The notes under the pieces: generated by a model
Told to the model about the DNA's origin: nothing
Seen by the model: the letters and a program-made list of their open reading frames with translations, nothing else
Databases searched by the model: none
In this document: positions 1 to 9,663 of the stretch, piece after piece
Numbering within the stretch: the stretch's first letter is position 1
How the letters are laid out: every line of letters starts with the position of its first letter
Position numbers and translations under genes: made by a program
IMG/VR virus record: IMGVR_UViG_3300035157_000972
Reading direction: 5' to 3' (one strand)
Origin: a virus
DNA length: 64,000 bases

Positions 1-2
1 AG

Positions 3-446
3 GTCACAGAGATAGGTCGTTACCGCAGACCAAGTAAAAGAGAAGCAAGAAATGAATTGATCGCTATGAATAAAGAGTCAAAGTCATTTTCTCAGTTCAC
101 TCAAGAATGTTGGAAGACTCACAAGAAAGTGGGTATGAAGATGAAAAATGGCAAACTTGTGAATGATTGTCGTCCTAAGAATGAAGAGGTAGCAGTTGAG
201 GGAGCAGCATGGACAAAAAAGTCAGGAAAGAATAAAGAAGGTGGACTCAACGAAAAGGGAAGAAAGTCTTACGAAAGAGAAAATCCCGGATCTGACCTCA
301 AAGCACCTACCAAAAAAGTTGGAAATCCTAGAAGAGCATCTTTCTGTGCTAGAATGAAGGGAATGAAAAAGAAGTTGACATCTAGCAAGACTGCCAACGA
401 TCCAGATTCAAGAATAAATAAATCACTGCGAAAGTGGAACTGCTAA
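3..446 (+). CDS. 5'-truncated modular basic phage protein (CWxxxKxxGxKxKxGKxVxxC module + AAWTKKSGKN..GGLN module)
   Basis: Frame is open from the window edge, so the TTG at 57 is probably not the real start; motifs are typical of cyanophage late hypothetical proteins. Confidence 0.7.
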   Translation, partial: VTEIGRYRRPSKREARNELIAMNKESKSFSQFTQECWKTHKKVGMKMKNGKLVNDCRPKNEEVAVEGAAWTKKSGKNKEGGLNEKGRKSYERENPGSDLKAPTKKVGNPRRASFCARMKGMKKKLTSSKTANDPDSRINKSLRKWNC

Positions 447-449
447 TTT

Positions 450-2108
450 ATGCCCCAACAAAGTGACGTCTATCTTGGTAATCCGAATCTAAAAAAAGCG
501 AACACTGAAATTCAGTTTACAGAAGATAATGTAAAAGAATTTCTAAAGTGTAAAGACGATCCAGTTTACTTTGCTAGAAAATATATCAAAATCGTAAACG
601 TTGATGAGGGTCTTGTACCTTTTGAGATGTGGCCATTTCAAGAGAAGTTAATAAAAAACTTTCATAAAAATAGATTCAATATCTGTATGATGCCCCGTCA
701 GACTGGTAAGTCAACGACGTCGGTGTCTTATTTGTTGCACTATGCTATATTCAATGACAATATAAACATCGGTATTCTTGCTAACAAGGCAGCAACTGCA
801 AGAGATCTACTCGGTAGATTGCAGACTGCATACGAGAACTTACCGAAGTGGATGCAGCAAGGTATTGTTGCATGGAACAAAGGATCGATGGATCTAGACA
901 ATGGTTCTAAGATCATGGCAGCATCTACATCTGCTGCTGCTGTTCGAGGTATGACCTTCAACATCATATTCTTGGACGAATTTGCTTTCGTACCAAATCA
1001 TATTGCAGACGACTTTTTTAGTTCAGTATATCCTACAATATCATCTGGTAAGTCAACAAAAATTATAATCGTATCTACCCCCAAGGGTATGAATCACTTC
1101 TACCGTATGTGGCATGACGCAGAGAAAGGTAGAAATGAGTATGTCCCGACTGAGGTTCACTGGTCAGAAGTTCCGGGCAGAGATGCAAAGTGGAAAGCAC
1201 AAACTATTGCCAATACAAGTGAACAACAGTTCAAGGTTGAGTTTGAGTGTGAATTCCTAGGATCTGTTGATACATTGATAGCACCATCCAAACTGAAAGC
1301 GATGGCATATAATGACCCAGTGCAGACAAACGGGCATCTGATGGTGTATGAGACGCCTGTGAAAGGAAGAGATTATATTATCACTGTAGACGTAGCAAGA
1401 GGCATTTCAAAGGACTATAGTGCCTTTGTGGTGTTTGACATCACAGAGTTTCCATATAGAGTGGTGGCAAAGTATAGAGATAATGAAATCAAACCTATGC
1501 TTTTCCCATCGGTGATTATGGATGTGGCACTAGCATATCAAGAAGCATTTGTTTTATGTGAAGTAAATGATATTGGTGATCAAGTGGCAAGTATATTACA
1601 GTATGACTTAGAGTATGAGAATGTATTGATGTGTGCTATGCGGGGTAGATCTGGTCAGATAGTCGGTACAGGTTTCAGTGGTAAGAAGACTCAATTGGGT
1701 GTGAAGATGAGTGTCACTGTAAAGAAGGTAGGTTGCAGTAACCTGAAAACACTGATTGAGGAAGATAAATTACAAATTTTAGATTATGATATAATATCAG
1801 AATTGACCACGTTTGTTCAGAAAAGACAATCCTTTGAGGCAGAAGAAGGTTGTAATGACGACCTTGCTATGTGTTTAGTAATCTTTGCATGGTTGGTAGC
1901 ACAGGAATACTTCAAGGAGATGACTGACAATGACGTCAGGAAAAGGATCTATGAAGAACAAAAGAATCAAATAGAACAAGACATGGCACCTTTCGGATTC
2001 ATGACAGATGGATTGAATGATGAAGAGAACGAGATTGTTGACTCATCAGGGGATGTCTGGAAAGTTGATGAGTATGGTGATCGTTCCTATATGTGGGATT
2101 ACCGATGA
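450..2108 (+). CDS. g17: Terminase large subunit (T4 gp17-like)
   Basis: YLGNPNLK N-terminus, Walker A PRQTGKST, Walker B IIFLDEFAF, nuclease NDDLAM. Confidence 0.98.
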   Translation: MPQQSDVYLGNPNLKKANTEIQFTEDNVKEFLKCKDDPVYFARKYIKIVNVDEGLVPFEMWPFQEKLIKNFHKNRFNICMMPRQTGKSTTSVSYLLHYAIFNDNINIGILANKAATARDLLGRLQTAYENLPKWMQQGIVAWNKGSMDLDNGSKIMAASTSAAAVRGMTFNIIFLDEFAFVPNHIADDFFSSVYPTISSGKSTKIIIVSTPKGMNHFYRMWHDAEKGRNEYVPTEVHWSEVPGRDAKWKAQTIANTSEQQFKVEFECEFLGSVDTLIAPSKLKAMAYNDPVQTNGHLMVYETPVKGRDYIITVDVARGISKDYSAFVVFDITEFPYRVVAKYRDNEIKPMLFPSVIMDVALAYQEAFVLCEVNDIGDQVASILQYDLEYENVLMCAMRGRSGQIVGTGFSGKKTQLGVKMSVTVKKVGCSNLKTLIEEDKLQILDYDIISELTTFVQKRQSFEAEEGCNDDLAMCLVIFAWLVAQEYFKEMTDNDVRKRIYEEQKNQIEQDMAPFGFMTDGLNDEENEIVDSSGDVWKVDEYGDRSYMWDYR

Positions 2109-2206
2109 TTGTATGGTCAATTATATGGATGGTCTTCATACTATGTGTCTGTGTTGGCATTGTAATCTGGTGGATTATGACCTATGACAGTAGGAATGGA
2201 ATTTGA
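2105..2206 (+). CDS. 33-aa single-TM micro-protein MIVWSIIWMVFILCVCVGIVIWWIMTYDSRNGI
   Basis: ATGA overlap with the g17 stop; fills the gap to the next gene; hydrophobic. Confidence 0.6.
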   Translation: MIVWSIIWMVFILCVCVGIVIWWIMTYDSRNGI

Positions 2207-2414
2207 AGATACCTTTTCACTAGATCATCTGGTATTTACAGAAAGGAAATGTAGAACCTGTGGTATCACTAAAGATTTGTTGAGTGGTTTTTACAGAACA
2301 AGAAATAAAAGAACCACACCTTCTGCATATTCTTATGAGTGTAAGGAGTGTACAAAGATAAGAGTCAAGTCAAAAAGAAGAAAGAATAAACCTGAATTAT
2401 ATCCTGATTGGTAG
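2196..2414 (+). CDS. Small CxxC...CxxC zinc-finger protein
   Basis: CRTC and CKEC pairs, basic tail; ATG 2196 follows AGGA. Confidence 0.7.
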   Translation: MEFEDTFSLDHLVFTERKCRTCGITKDLLSGFYRTRNKRTTPSAYSYECKECTKIRVKSKRRKNKPELYPDW

Positions 2415-2452
2415 GGTTCATGCACTGTTTCCCCTCTGTAAGCGTGTTTTTT

Positions 2453-2460
2453 TCTAAATA
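2453..2460 (+). promoter_or_regulatory. T4-type late promoter (TCTAAATA) for g18
   Basis: Matches TATAAATA-like gp55 consensus directly upstream of the tail sheath gene. Confidence 0.7.
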
Positions 2461-2497
2461 TTAATAGTCAAACAGTAGGGAATCACAGGAATTTTAC

Positions 2498-4741
2498 ATG
2501 GCACTCAGACTATCATCTCCGGGTATCAGTGTAAGAGAAGTTGACCTTACCAGAGGTGGCGTAAATGCAAGCATTAACGTCGCTGCCGGTATTGCCGGAC
2601 CATTCAAAAAAGGACCTGTAAATGAAGTTTGCAGGATCAACAATGAAAAAGAACTTATAGACAAGTTCGGAGGTCCCGGTGTAGGTCTAACTGACTATCA
2701 CTATGAAACTTGGTATGCTGCATCTAATTTCTTATCATATGGAGGGCAACTAGATGTTGTTCGTGCCGGTGGTGGAAATGTTGCAGGATCACAAATGGTT
2801 AATGCCAACGCAGGAGTTGGAATAGCATCGACCACAACATTAGTCATCGAAAACTACGATGATTATAACAACAACGAAATCAATGCAACCAATTTCTATT
2901 GGGCAGCAAAGAACCCCGGATCATGGGGAGAAAATCTAAAGGTATGTGTTATTGATAACGCAGCAGACCAAAGGATTTCTGGTATTCTAACTGCAGTATG
3001 TGGTTCAGGAACAAATACTTATACATCTAAACCAATTGCAGTGGGTTATGCTGTAACTCAGGCATTGAGTGGTGTAAACATTGGTATTGGAACAACCGGA
3101 TCACCCGGAGTTCATGATTACCTGAAGGGTATCATAACTGGGGTAGGTAATAGTTTCATTGATGTCAAGGTTGTATCAACAGTTATTGCAGGAGTAGAAA
3201 CTGCAACATCATATCAGCAAAACTCACAACTTGAGTTCAAGACAGGATCTAGCGGTCAGCATACTAACATTGGTATCTCATCAGTAGCAGCAACCGACCC
3301 ATGGAAACTTACCGGAACACCGGTACTGTCAGATTGGTATAATCAACAGGACATTACTACCGGAAGAGGAGATGGTGGAACTGACGCTATCACAATCAAG
3401 TGGAGATCAGTATTACCAAAACCACAGACAAACTCTTATGTCTCGGAAAGAAATGGAAACAATGATGCAATTAACGTCGTTGTTATTGATTCTGATGGCA
3501 CTGTTACAGGAAGCACGGGATCGTTACTAGAAAAATTTGGCAATTTATCAAAGGCACAAGACGCTGATGGATCTCCTAACAAAGACATCTATTACAAGAA
3601 TGTCCTTGCTAATGAGTCTGAGTACATATTTGCCGGTTTATCTCCTGTCAATGCAGCAGATAGTTTCCATAACACACAACCACTAGCGAGTGGATTTAGT
3701 AGTGGAGTCACACCAATTGCTGCAGCAGCAGGTGCTTGGGGACAAGACGGTAAAGATGTCAAGTTCAATTTATTAGGTAATAAGAGTTACTTACTGAAAG
3801 GTGGTAAAGACTACGGTGGACACATTGGAGTCTATGACGCTGATCTAGGTGACACACTTAATGCTTATGATAAGTTGGCAGACAAGGTAAATTCTGATAT
3901 CAGATTCCTACTACAAGGTGGAGCATCTAAGTCAATATCGGAAGAGCAAGCAAAGGCACAGAAACTTATATCAATCTGCGAAGCAAGAAAGGATTGTGTA
4001 GCGTTTATCTCACCTAACCGTGATTCAGTTGTAAACATTACTAATTCAGCAACTAAACTAGCAAACGTTCTAGCGTTCTTCGCACCATTAGCATCATCAT
4101 CATACGCTGTATTCGATAGTGGATATCAATACTTCTATGATAGATTCAACAAAAAGTTCAACTACATGCCACTCTCAAGTGACGTTGCAGGACTTTGTGT
4201 TAGAACAGATGTAAATCAGTTCCCATGGTTCTCACCTGCAGGAACATCAAGAGGTTCACTAGCACATGCAGTGAAACTAGCATACAATCCCGGTCAGGAA
4301 GACAGAGATCAGTTGTATTCACAAAGAATCAACCCAGTTATCTCACTACCCGGATCAGGAATCACTCTCTTTGGTGACAAGACTGCACTTGCATTCAGCA
4401 GTGCATTCGATCGCATCAACGTAAGGAGATTGTTCATCACAGTAGAAAAAGCGATTGAAGCAGCAGCAAATGCTCAACTCTTTGAACTCAATGATGCAGG
4501 CACAAGATCAAACTTTGTCAACATTGTTGAACCATTCCTAAGAGATGTTCAATCTAAGCGAGGAGTTACAGACTTCTTACTTGTGTGTGATGAAACAAAT
4601 AACACACCAGATGTCATTGACCGCAACGAGTTTGTGGCAGACATATTCCTGAAGCCATCAAGGTCGATCAACTTCATAGGACTAACATTCGTCGCAACAA
4701 GAACTGGAGTTTCCTTCAGTGAAGTTGTAGGCACAGTTTAG
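2498..4741 (+). CDS. g18: Tail sheath protein (gp18)
   Basis: SPGISVREVDLT start, PWFSPAG and FDRINVRRLF motifs. Confidence 0.98.
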   Translation: MALRLSSPGISVREVDLTRGGVNASINVAAGIAGPFKKGPVNEVCRINNEKELIDKFGGPGVGLTDYHYETWYAASNFLSYGGQLDVVRAGGGNVAGSQMVNANAGVGIASTTTLVIENYDDYNNNEINATNFYWAAKNPGSWGENLKVCVIDNAADQRISGILTAVCGSGTNTYTSKPIAVGYAVTQALSGVNIGIGTTGSPGVHDYLKGIITGVGNSFIDVKVVSTVIAGVETATSYQQNSQLEFKTGSSGQHTNIGISSVAATDPWKLTGTPVLSDWYNQQDITTGRGDGGTDAITIKWRSVLPKPQTNSYVSERNGNNDAINVVVIDSDGTVTGSTGSLLEKFGNLSKAQDADGSPNKDIYYKNVLANESEYIFAGLSPVNAADSFHNTQPLASGFSSGVTPIAAAAGAWGQDGKDVKFNLLGNKSYLLKGGKDYGGHIGVYDADLGDTLNAYDKLADKVNSDIRFLLQGGASKSISEEQAKAQKLISICEARKDCVAFISPNRDSVVNITNSATKLANVLAFFAPLASSSYAVFDSGYQYFYDRFNKKFNYMPLSSDVAGLCVRTDVNQFPWFSPAGTSRGSLAHAVKLAYNPGQEDRDQLYSQRINPVISLPGSGITLFGDKTALAFSSAFDRINVRRLFITVEKAIEAAANAQLFELNDAGTRSNFVNIVEPFLRDVQSKRGVTDFLLVCDETNNTPDVIDRNEFVADIFLKPSRSINFIGLTFVATRTGVSFSEVVGTV

Positions 4742-4753
4742 GAGGTATAAACA

Positions 4754-5380
4754 ATGGATAAGAACATTTTTTCAGTACCTAACAACACTAGAACAATCGA
4801 TGATTTCAAGGCAAGATTGATTCAAGGTGGTGCACGTCCCAACCTCTTTGAGGTTGAGATGGCATTTCCTACAGAGGAAATCTTTCCTGAGATAGGTGAT
4901 ACAACTTTTAGAATGATGATCAAGGGAGCACAACTCCCTGCATCAAATATTGCTGAAGTTGTTGTTCCTTTCAGAGGTAGACAACTCAAAGTTGCAGGGG
5001 ATAGAAGATTTGACCCATGGACTATCACAGTTATAAATGACGGTGACTTCAAACTTCGCGAAGCATTCGAGAAGTGGGCAAACTTTATCACTAAAGTATC
5101 CGATGGATCTGGAACAATCAATCCTAATGACTATCAAGTAAACTGGATTGTAAACCAACTTGGAAGAGCGAAGTTTACAGAAGGTCGTGCTGTTGATAGT
5201 GATTCACAACTTCCAGTTCTTAGAAGATATTACATGCAAGGTTGTTGGCCAAGTCAGGTCTCACCAGTAGAACTCAATTATGATACCGAAGGTATCGAAG
5301 AGTTCCAAGTAACACTTCAAGTTCAGTACTGGGAAGCGTACAAGGGTGCAGATGGACAGGGTGCTCCATCCGTGGTATAA
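4754..5380 (+). CDS. g19: Tail tube protein (gp19)
   Basis: GGARPNLFEV, FRGRQLKVAGDRRFDPWTITVIND. Confidence 0.97.
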   Translation: MDKNIFSVPNNTRTIDDFKARLIQGGARPNLFEVEMAFPTEEIFPEIGDTTFRMMIKGAQLPASNIAEVVVPFRGRQLKVAGDRRFDPWTITVINDGDFKLREAFEKWANFITKVSDGSGTINPNDYQVNWIVNQLGRAKFTEGRAVDSDSQLPVLRRYYMQGCWPSQVSPVELNYDTEGIEEFQVTLQVQYWEAYKGADGQGAPSVV

Positions 5381-5411
5381 TAAATAGGTATACAATAAGT
5401 CTAATATAATA

Positions 5412-7067
5412 ATGGCAAAACTTTTTGGATTCTCAATAGACGATGAAGAAAAGAAGTCGAAAGGTGTAGTCAGTCCCGTCCCCCCAAACAATGAGGATGG
5501 TGCTGACTATTATCTTAGTTCAGGATTTTACGGTCAGTATGTAGATATTGAAGGCGTATTCAGGACAGAATTCGACATCATCAGAAAATATCGTAACATG
5601 GCATTACACCCAGAGTGTGATACTGCTGTGGAACATGTTGTCAATGAAGCGATTGTCGCTGATTTGAATGATAGTCCTGTGGAAATAGACTTAGATAACT
5701 TAAATGCAAGTGCAGGTCTCAAGAATGTAATAAGAGATGAGTTCAAGTACATCAAAGACCTAATAGGATTCGATAAGAAAGCACATGAGATATTCAGAAA
5801 TTGGTATGTAGATGGCAGACTATACTACCACAAGGTTATTGACCTCAAGAAACCAGAATTAGGATTAGAAGAAGTAAGATATATCGATCCACTGAAGATC
5901 AAGTTGATGAGAATCAGACCAAAGGATCAAGAAAAGAAATATGATGTCAAACCATCAGGATCTATAGGTGAGTCAGTCACTGAAGATACAAAGGTTATAG
6001 AATTCTACACATATTATCCACAAGGAACTGCACAGAAGTATGGTAGCATTGCGGGTAAAGGTGTCAAAATTGCAAAGGATGCAATCACATATTGCTCATC
6101 AGGTCTAGTAGATAGAAACAAGCATATTGGTTTATCATACTTACATAAGTCAATCAAGGCACTCAATCAGTTACGTATGATTGAGGACTCTCTTGTTATC
6201 TACAGACTGTCGAGAGCACCAGAAAGAAGAATATTCTACATTGACGTTGGTAATCTACCAAAGGTAAAGGCAGAACAATACCTTCGTGATGTAATGAGTC
6301 GTTACAGAAACAAACTTGTATACGATGCAAACACTGGAGAGATCAAGGATGACAAGAAATTCATGTCTATGCTTGAAGATTTCTGGTTACCAAGAAGAGA
6401 AGGTGGTCGTGGAACAGAGATCACAACTCTTCCCGGTGGACAGAATTTAGGTGAACTTACAGACGTAGAATACTTCCAGAAAAAACTATATCGTTCACTC
6501 AATGTACCTGAGTCAAGAATAGGTGCAGATGGTGGATTCAACTTAGGTAGATCATCTGAGATCTTGCGTGATGAACTTATGTTCAGTAAGTTTGTTGGTC
6601 GTTTGAGAAAGAGATTTAGTGGTGTATTCTTAGATCTACTCAAGACACAACTAATCCTCAAAAACATAGTGACACCAACCGATTGGAATAAGATGGCAGA
6701 ACATATTCAGTTCGACTATCTCTATGACAATCATTTCGCAGAACTCAAAGAAACTGAGTTGATGAATGAGAGACTCAATCTCATGACTCAGATCGAACCA
6801 TACATCGGAACTTACTACTCTCGTGACTATGTAAAGCGTAAGATATTACGTCAGACAGAAGAAGAGATGCTAGAAATGGAGAAAGAGATGGAGGAAGAAA
6901 ATGCAACAGGTGTTGGTGTACCTTTAGAAACGCAGCAAGCAATAGCACAGGGTCAAATGGAGGTTGACAGGGCGACAACTAACCTTGGAAAGAACGGAAA
7001 AGACCCAGACACAGATGGTAAAAGCACGGAGTCACCCGGCATAGACATAAAGAAAGCTAAAATATAA
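5412..7067 (+). CDS. g20: Portal vertex protein (gp20)
   Basis: YRLSRAPERRIFYIDVGNLPK, EDFWLPRREGGRGTEI. Confidence 0.98.
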   Translation: MAKLFGFSIDDEEKKSKGVVSPVPPNNEDGADYYLSSGFYGQYVDIEGVFRTEFDIIRKYRNMALHPECDTAVEHVVNEAIVADLNDSPVEIDLDNLNASAGLKNVIRDEFKYIKDLIGFDKKAHEIFRNWYVDGRLYYHKVIDLKKPELGLEEVRYIDPLKIKLMRIRPKDQEKKYDVKPSGSIGESVTEDTKVIEFYTYYPQGTAQKYGSIAGKGVKIAKDAITYCSSGLVDRNKHIGLSYLHKSIKALNQLRMIEDSLVIYRLSRAPERRIFYIDVGNLPKVKAEQYLRDVMSRYRNKLVYDANTGEIKDDKKFMSMLEDFWLPRREGGRGTEITTLPGGQNLGELTDVEYFQKKLYRSLNVPESRIGADGGFNLGRSSEILRDELMFSKFVGRLRKRFSGVFLDLLKTQLILKNIVTPTDWNKMAEHIQFDYLYDNHFAELKETELMNERLNLMTQIEPYIGTYYSRDYVKRKILRQTEEEMLEMEKEMEEENATGVGVPLETQQAIAQGQMEVDRATTNLGKNGKDPDTDGKSTESPGIDIKKAKI

Positions 7068-7068
7068 G

Positions 7069-7076
7069 TATAAATA
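7069..7076 (+). promoter_or_regulatory. T4 late promoter TATAAATA
   Basis: Exact consensus between g20 and the next head gene. Confidence 0.8.
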
Positions 7077-7099
7077 GATATACTATATAAAAATTCAAT

Positions 7100-7336
7100 A
7101 TGGAATCAGCAGAATTAGTTGATATGATGATCGATGGTGCTTCACCATCTGAGATGCAAGACGCTGTTAAAGATCTTTTGATCGTAAAAGCAGCAGACAA
7201 AGTTGATGAGTTCAAACCCTCAGTTGCTAATTCTCTATTTGGTGCATCAGAACAAGAGGAAGTACCAGAGACTGAATCTGAACTTGAAACTGAAACTGAA
7301 ACCGAAATTTCACAAGAAACACAAGAAGAAGAATGA
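7100..7336 (+). CDS. Acidic prohead core-like protein (gp67/gp68 position)
   Basis: Position between g20 and g21; Glu-rich tail. Confidence 0.65.
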   Translation: MESAELVDMMIDGASPSEMQDAVKDLLIVKAADKVDEFKPSVANSLFGASEQEEVPETESELETETETEISQETQEEE

Positions 7337-7896
7337 CTCAACCATTAAAACAGGTGACAGACCTCGGTATCTTGAGTAGTGCAAACGCTACAGCAGTTAC
7401 TGGTGATTCATTTATTGTGAAGACAGGACTATTACATGGTTCTGCTACTGCTGCAAAAGGCGGTGGATTGGTTGGGGTATGTAATACAACTACATCAGCA
7501 GTTGGTGTATCTTCAATTCATGTGAATAAACAGGATGATAAGATACTAAGATATACACACCCTGCTTCCGCAACTATCGTAGCGATCACAAAAGGTAATC
7601 CATCAGTTCTGCAAGTTAGCAGTAGAGATACGAAAATTGTAGAGGGTGATTTTGTCACGCTAACTGGATCTTCAGTTGGTGGATACAACACTACTATCAA
7701 GCATGTACCTGTTACTGCTGTTACTGGTGGTACTCTAAAGAATGATTATAAAACTACAATTACAGTCACTGCCAACACAGGATCATTAGCGGACTTTACA
7801 GGAACTGCAACTCTAGCAAAATCAGTTATCCCTATATTGAAACCCTCTTCTGCAAGTGGGTGTGAGTTATACATTAATGAGGTACAACTAGGATGA
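7333..7896 (+). CDS. Probable virion structural protein (Thr/Gly/Val-rich)
   Basis: Coupled to neighbours by ATGA overlaps; beta-rich composition. Confidence 0.6.
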   Translation: MTQPLKQVTDLGILSSANATAVTGDSFIVKTGLLHGSATAAKGGGLVGVCNTTTSAVGVSSIHVNKQDDKILRYTHPASATIVAITKGNPSVLQVSSRDTKIVEGDFVTLTGSSVGGYNTTIKHVPVTAVTGGTLKNDYKTTITVTANTGSLADFTGTATLAKSVIPILKPSSASGCELYINEVQLG

Positions 7897-8540
7897 AACT
7901 TATAGCAGAAGAAATCGAATCAGTTGAAATTGTAACTGAAGAGAAGAACGGTAAGAAGAATTTATACATCACGGGTCCATTTCTGCAAGCAGAGGTGGTA
8001 AATCGTAATAAACGATTCTACCCACTAGAGACAATGGTCAATGAAGTGAATCGATATAACTCATCATTCACTGATAAGGGTCGTGCTCTAGGAGAGTTGG
8101 GTCATCCAGATGGTCCATCTATAAACTTAGATCGAGTATCACATAAGATTGTTTCTCTTACTCAAGAGGGAAATAACTTTATTGGTAAGGCACAGATCTT
8201 ATCAACACCCATGGGAAAAATCGCGGAATCTCTTCTCTCTGAAGGAGTGAAACTCGGAGTTTCCAGTCGTGGTATGGGTTCTATCAAGAACGTTGATGGT
8301 GTAAACCACGTCGGTGAAGACTTCATGCTTGCCACTGCTGCTGACATAGTAGCAGACCCTTCTGCCCCCGATGCTTTCGTAGATGGCATCATGGAAGGCA
8401 AGGAATGGGTATGGGAAGGAAACGTTTTGCGTGAAATGAAATGCAACGAGGTTAAGAAGTCTATAAATAACTTGGTAGATCAAGAAATCCTAGAGGCAAA
8501 CAAGTTGCGTCTCTTCGCGGACTTCTTATCTAACTTATAA
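7893..8540 (+). CDS. g21: Prohead protease (gp21)
   Basis: ALGELGHP, GVSSRGMGS, DIVADPSAPDAFV. Confidence 0.97.
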   Translation: MKLIAEEIESVEIVTEEKNGKKNLYITGPFLQAEVVNRNKRFYPLETMVNEVNRYNSSFTDKGRALGELGHPDGPSINLDRVSHKIVSLTQEGNNFIGKAQILSTPMGKIAESLLSEGVKLGVSSRGMGSIKNVDGVNHVGEDFMLATAADIVADPSAPDAFVDGIMEGKEWVWEGNVLREMKCNEVKKSINNLVDQEILEANKLRLFADFLSNL

Positions 8541-8543
8541 ATA
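8536..8543 (+). promoter_or_regulatory. T4 late promoter TATAAATA for g22-g23
   Basis: Exact consensus 38 nt before the g22 ATG. Confidence 0.8.
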
Positions 8544-8580
8544 ATAATATTAACACATTCTAAGTACATTCGGAACCATA

Positions 8581-9642
8581 ATGGCTGAAGAAAAAACACT
8601 ACATGAGATGGAAAATCAGGTAACGAAAGGTGCTAAGTCTGCCGATCCAATGCCAAAGGCACCAAACTACGTCCCAGACGCAGGTGCAGTTGAGGATCTC
8701 GGCGGTCCTACTCCTCAAAACTCCAAGTCTACAGACAACTCTAACAAGTTGAAGACTCCATCTGCTAAGTTCGCTCAACAGGGCGATCCACAAACAAAAG
8801 GAACTGCAGGTACAGTTCAACAAGATGGTCCTCTCGGTCCAGTTGGCATGAAGTCAAGTGGATATGGCAATGGTGCCAACGAAGAGGTTGAGACTGAGGA
8901 AGAGGTAGAAAATGTTATACAGGAAGAGGAGATCGATCTTTCACAAGACGTTCAAGCACTTCTTGAAGGTGAAGAACTCTCTGAAGAGTTCAAAGATAAA
9001 GCAACTACCGTTTTCGAGGCAGTTGTAAAATCAAGAATCGCCGAAGCAAAAGAGGCGATGGAAACTCAGTACGATAAGAACCTTATCGAAGAAGTTGAAT
9101 CTATCAAGAAAGAACTTACTGAGAGAATAGATTCGTACCTAGAGTACGTATGTAATGAATGGTTCACTGAGAACTCATTACAGTTAGAATCAGGAATCAG
9201 AGGAGAACTCTCTGAGTCCTTCATGACAGGTCTCAAGAACCTTTTTGAAGAGCATTATGTAAACATCCCTGATGAGAAATATGATGTACTTGAGGCAATG
9301 GTCGAAAAATTAGATGATATGGAGACTAAACTCAATGAACAGATTGAAAGCAATGTTTCACTAACGAAGCGTTTAGCAACATCTGTTTCCGACAACATCC
9401 TAGATGAAGTCTGTGAAGGTCTTGCATTATCTCAAAAAGAGAAGATAGCAAGTTTAGCAGAAGGCGTTGAGTTTGAAAGTGAAGTACAATATCGTGAAAA
9501 ATTGTCTACTCTTAGAGAGACATATTTCGCTCCTAAGAAACCAGAGGCAAGTTCACAAGAAGTTATCTCTGAAGAGGCACCAGTAGAGGAACATTCCCCT
9601 GCTATGGAGTCATACATTCAGGCACTAACTAAGTACCAGTAA
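8581..9642 (+). CDS. g22: Prohead core scaffold protein (gp22)
   Basis: LSEEFKDKATTVFEA, acidic coiled coil, synteny. Confidence 0.95.
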   Translation: MAEEKTLHEMENQVTKGAKSADPMPKAPNYVPDAGAVEDLGGPTPQNSKSTDNSNKLKTPSAKFAQQGDPQTKGTAGTVQQDGPLGPVGMKSSGYGNGANEEVETEEEVENVIQEEEIDLSQDVQALLEGEELSEEFKDKATTVFEAVVKSRIAEAKEAMETQYDKNLIEEVESIKKELTERIDSYLEYVCNEWFTENSLQLESGIRGELSESFMTGLKNLFEEHYVNIPDEKYDVLEAMVEKLDDMETKLNEQIESNVSLTKRLATSVSDNILDEVCEGLALSQKEKIASLAEGVEFESEVQYREKLSTLRETYFAPKKPEASSQEVISEEAPVEEHSPAMESYIQALTKYQ

Positions 9643-9663
9643 ATTAACTAAAACACAACAACA

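Noticed and set aside
2196-2414. HNH/EndoVII homing endonuclease between g17 and g18
   Set aside because: Only a zinc-finger-like part is present, with no catalytic motif
7280-7306. GAAACT-type repeats
   Set aside because: They encode the Glu-Thr low-complexity tail of a core protein
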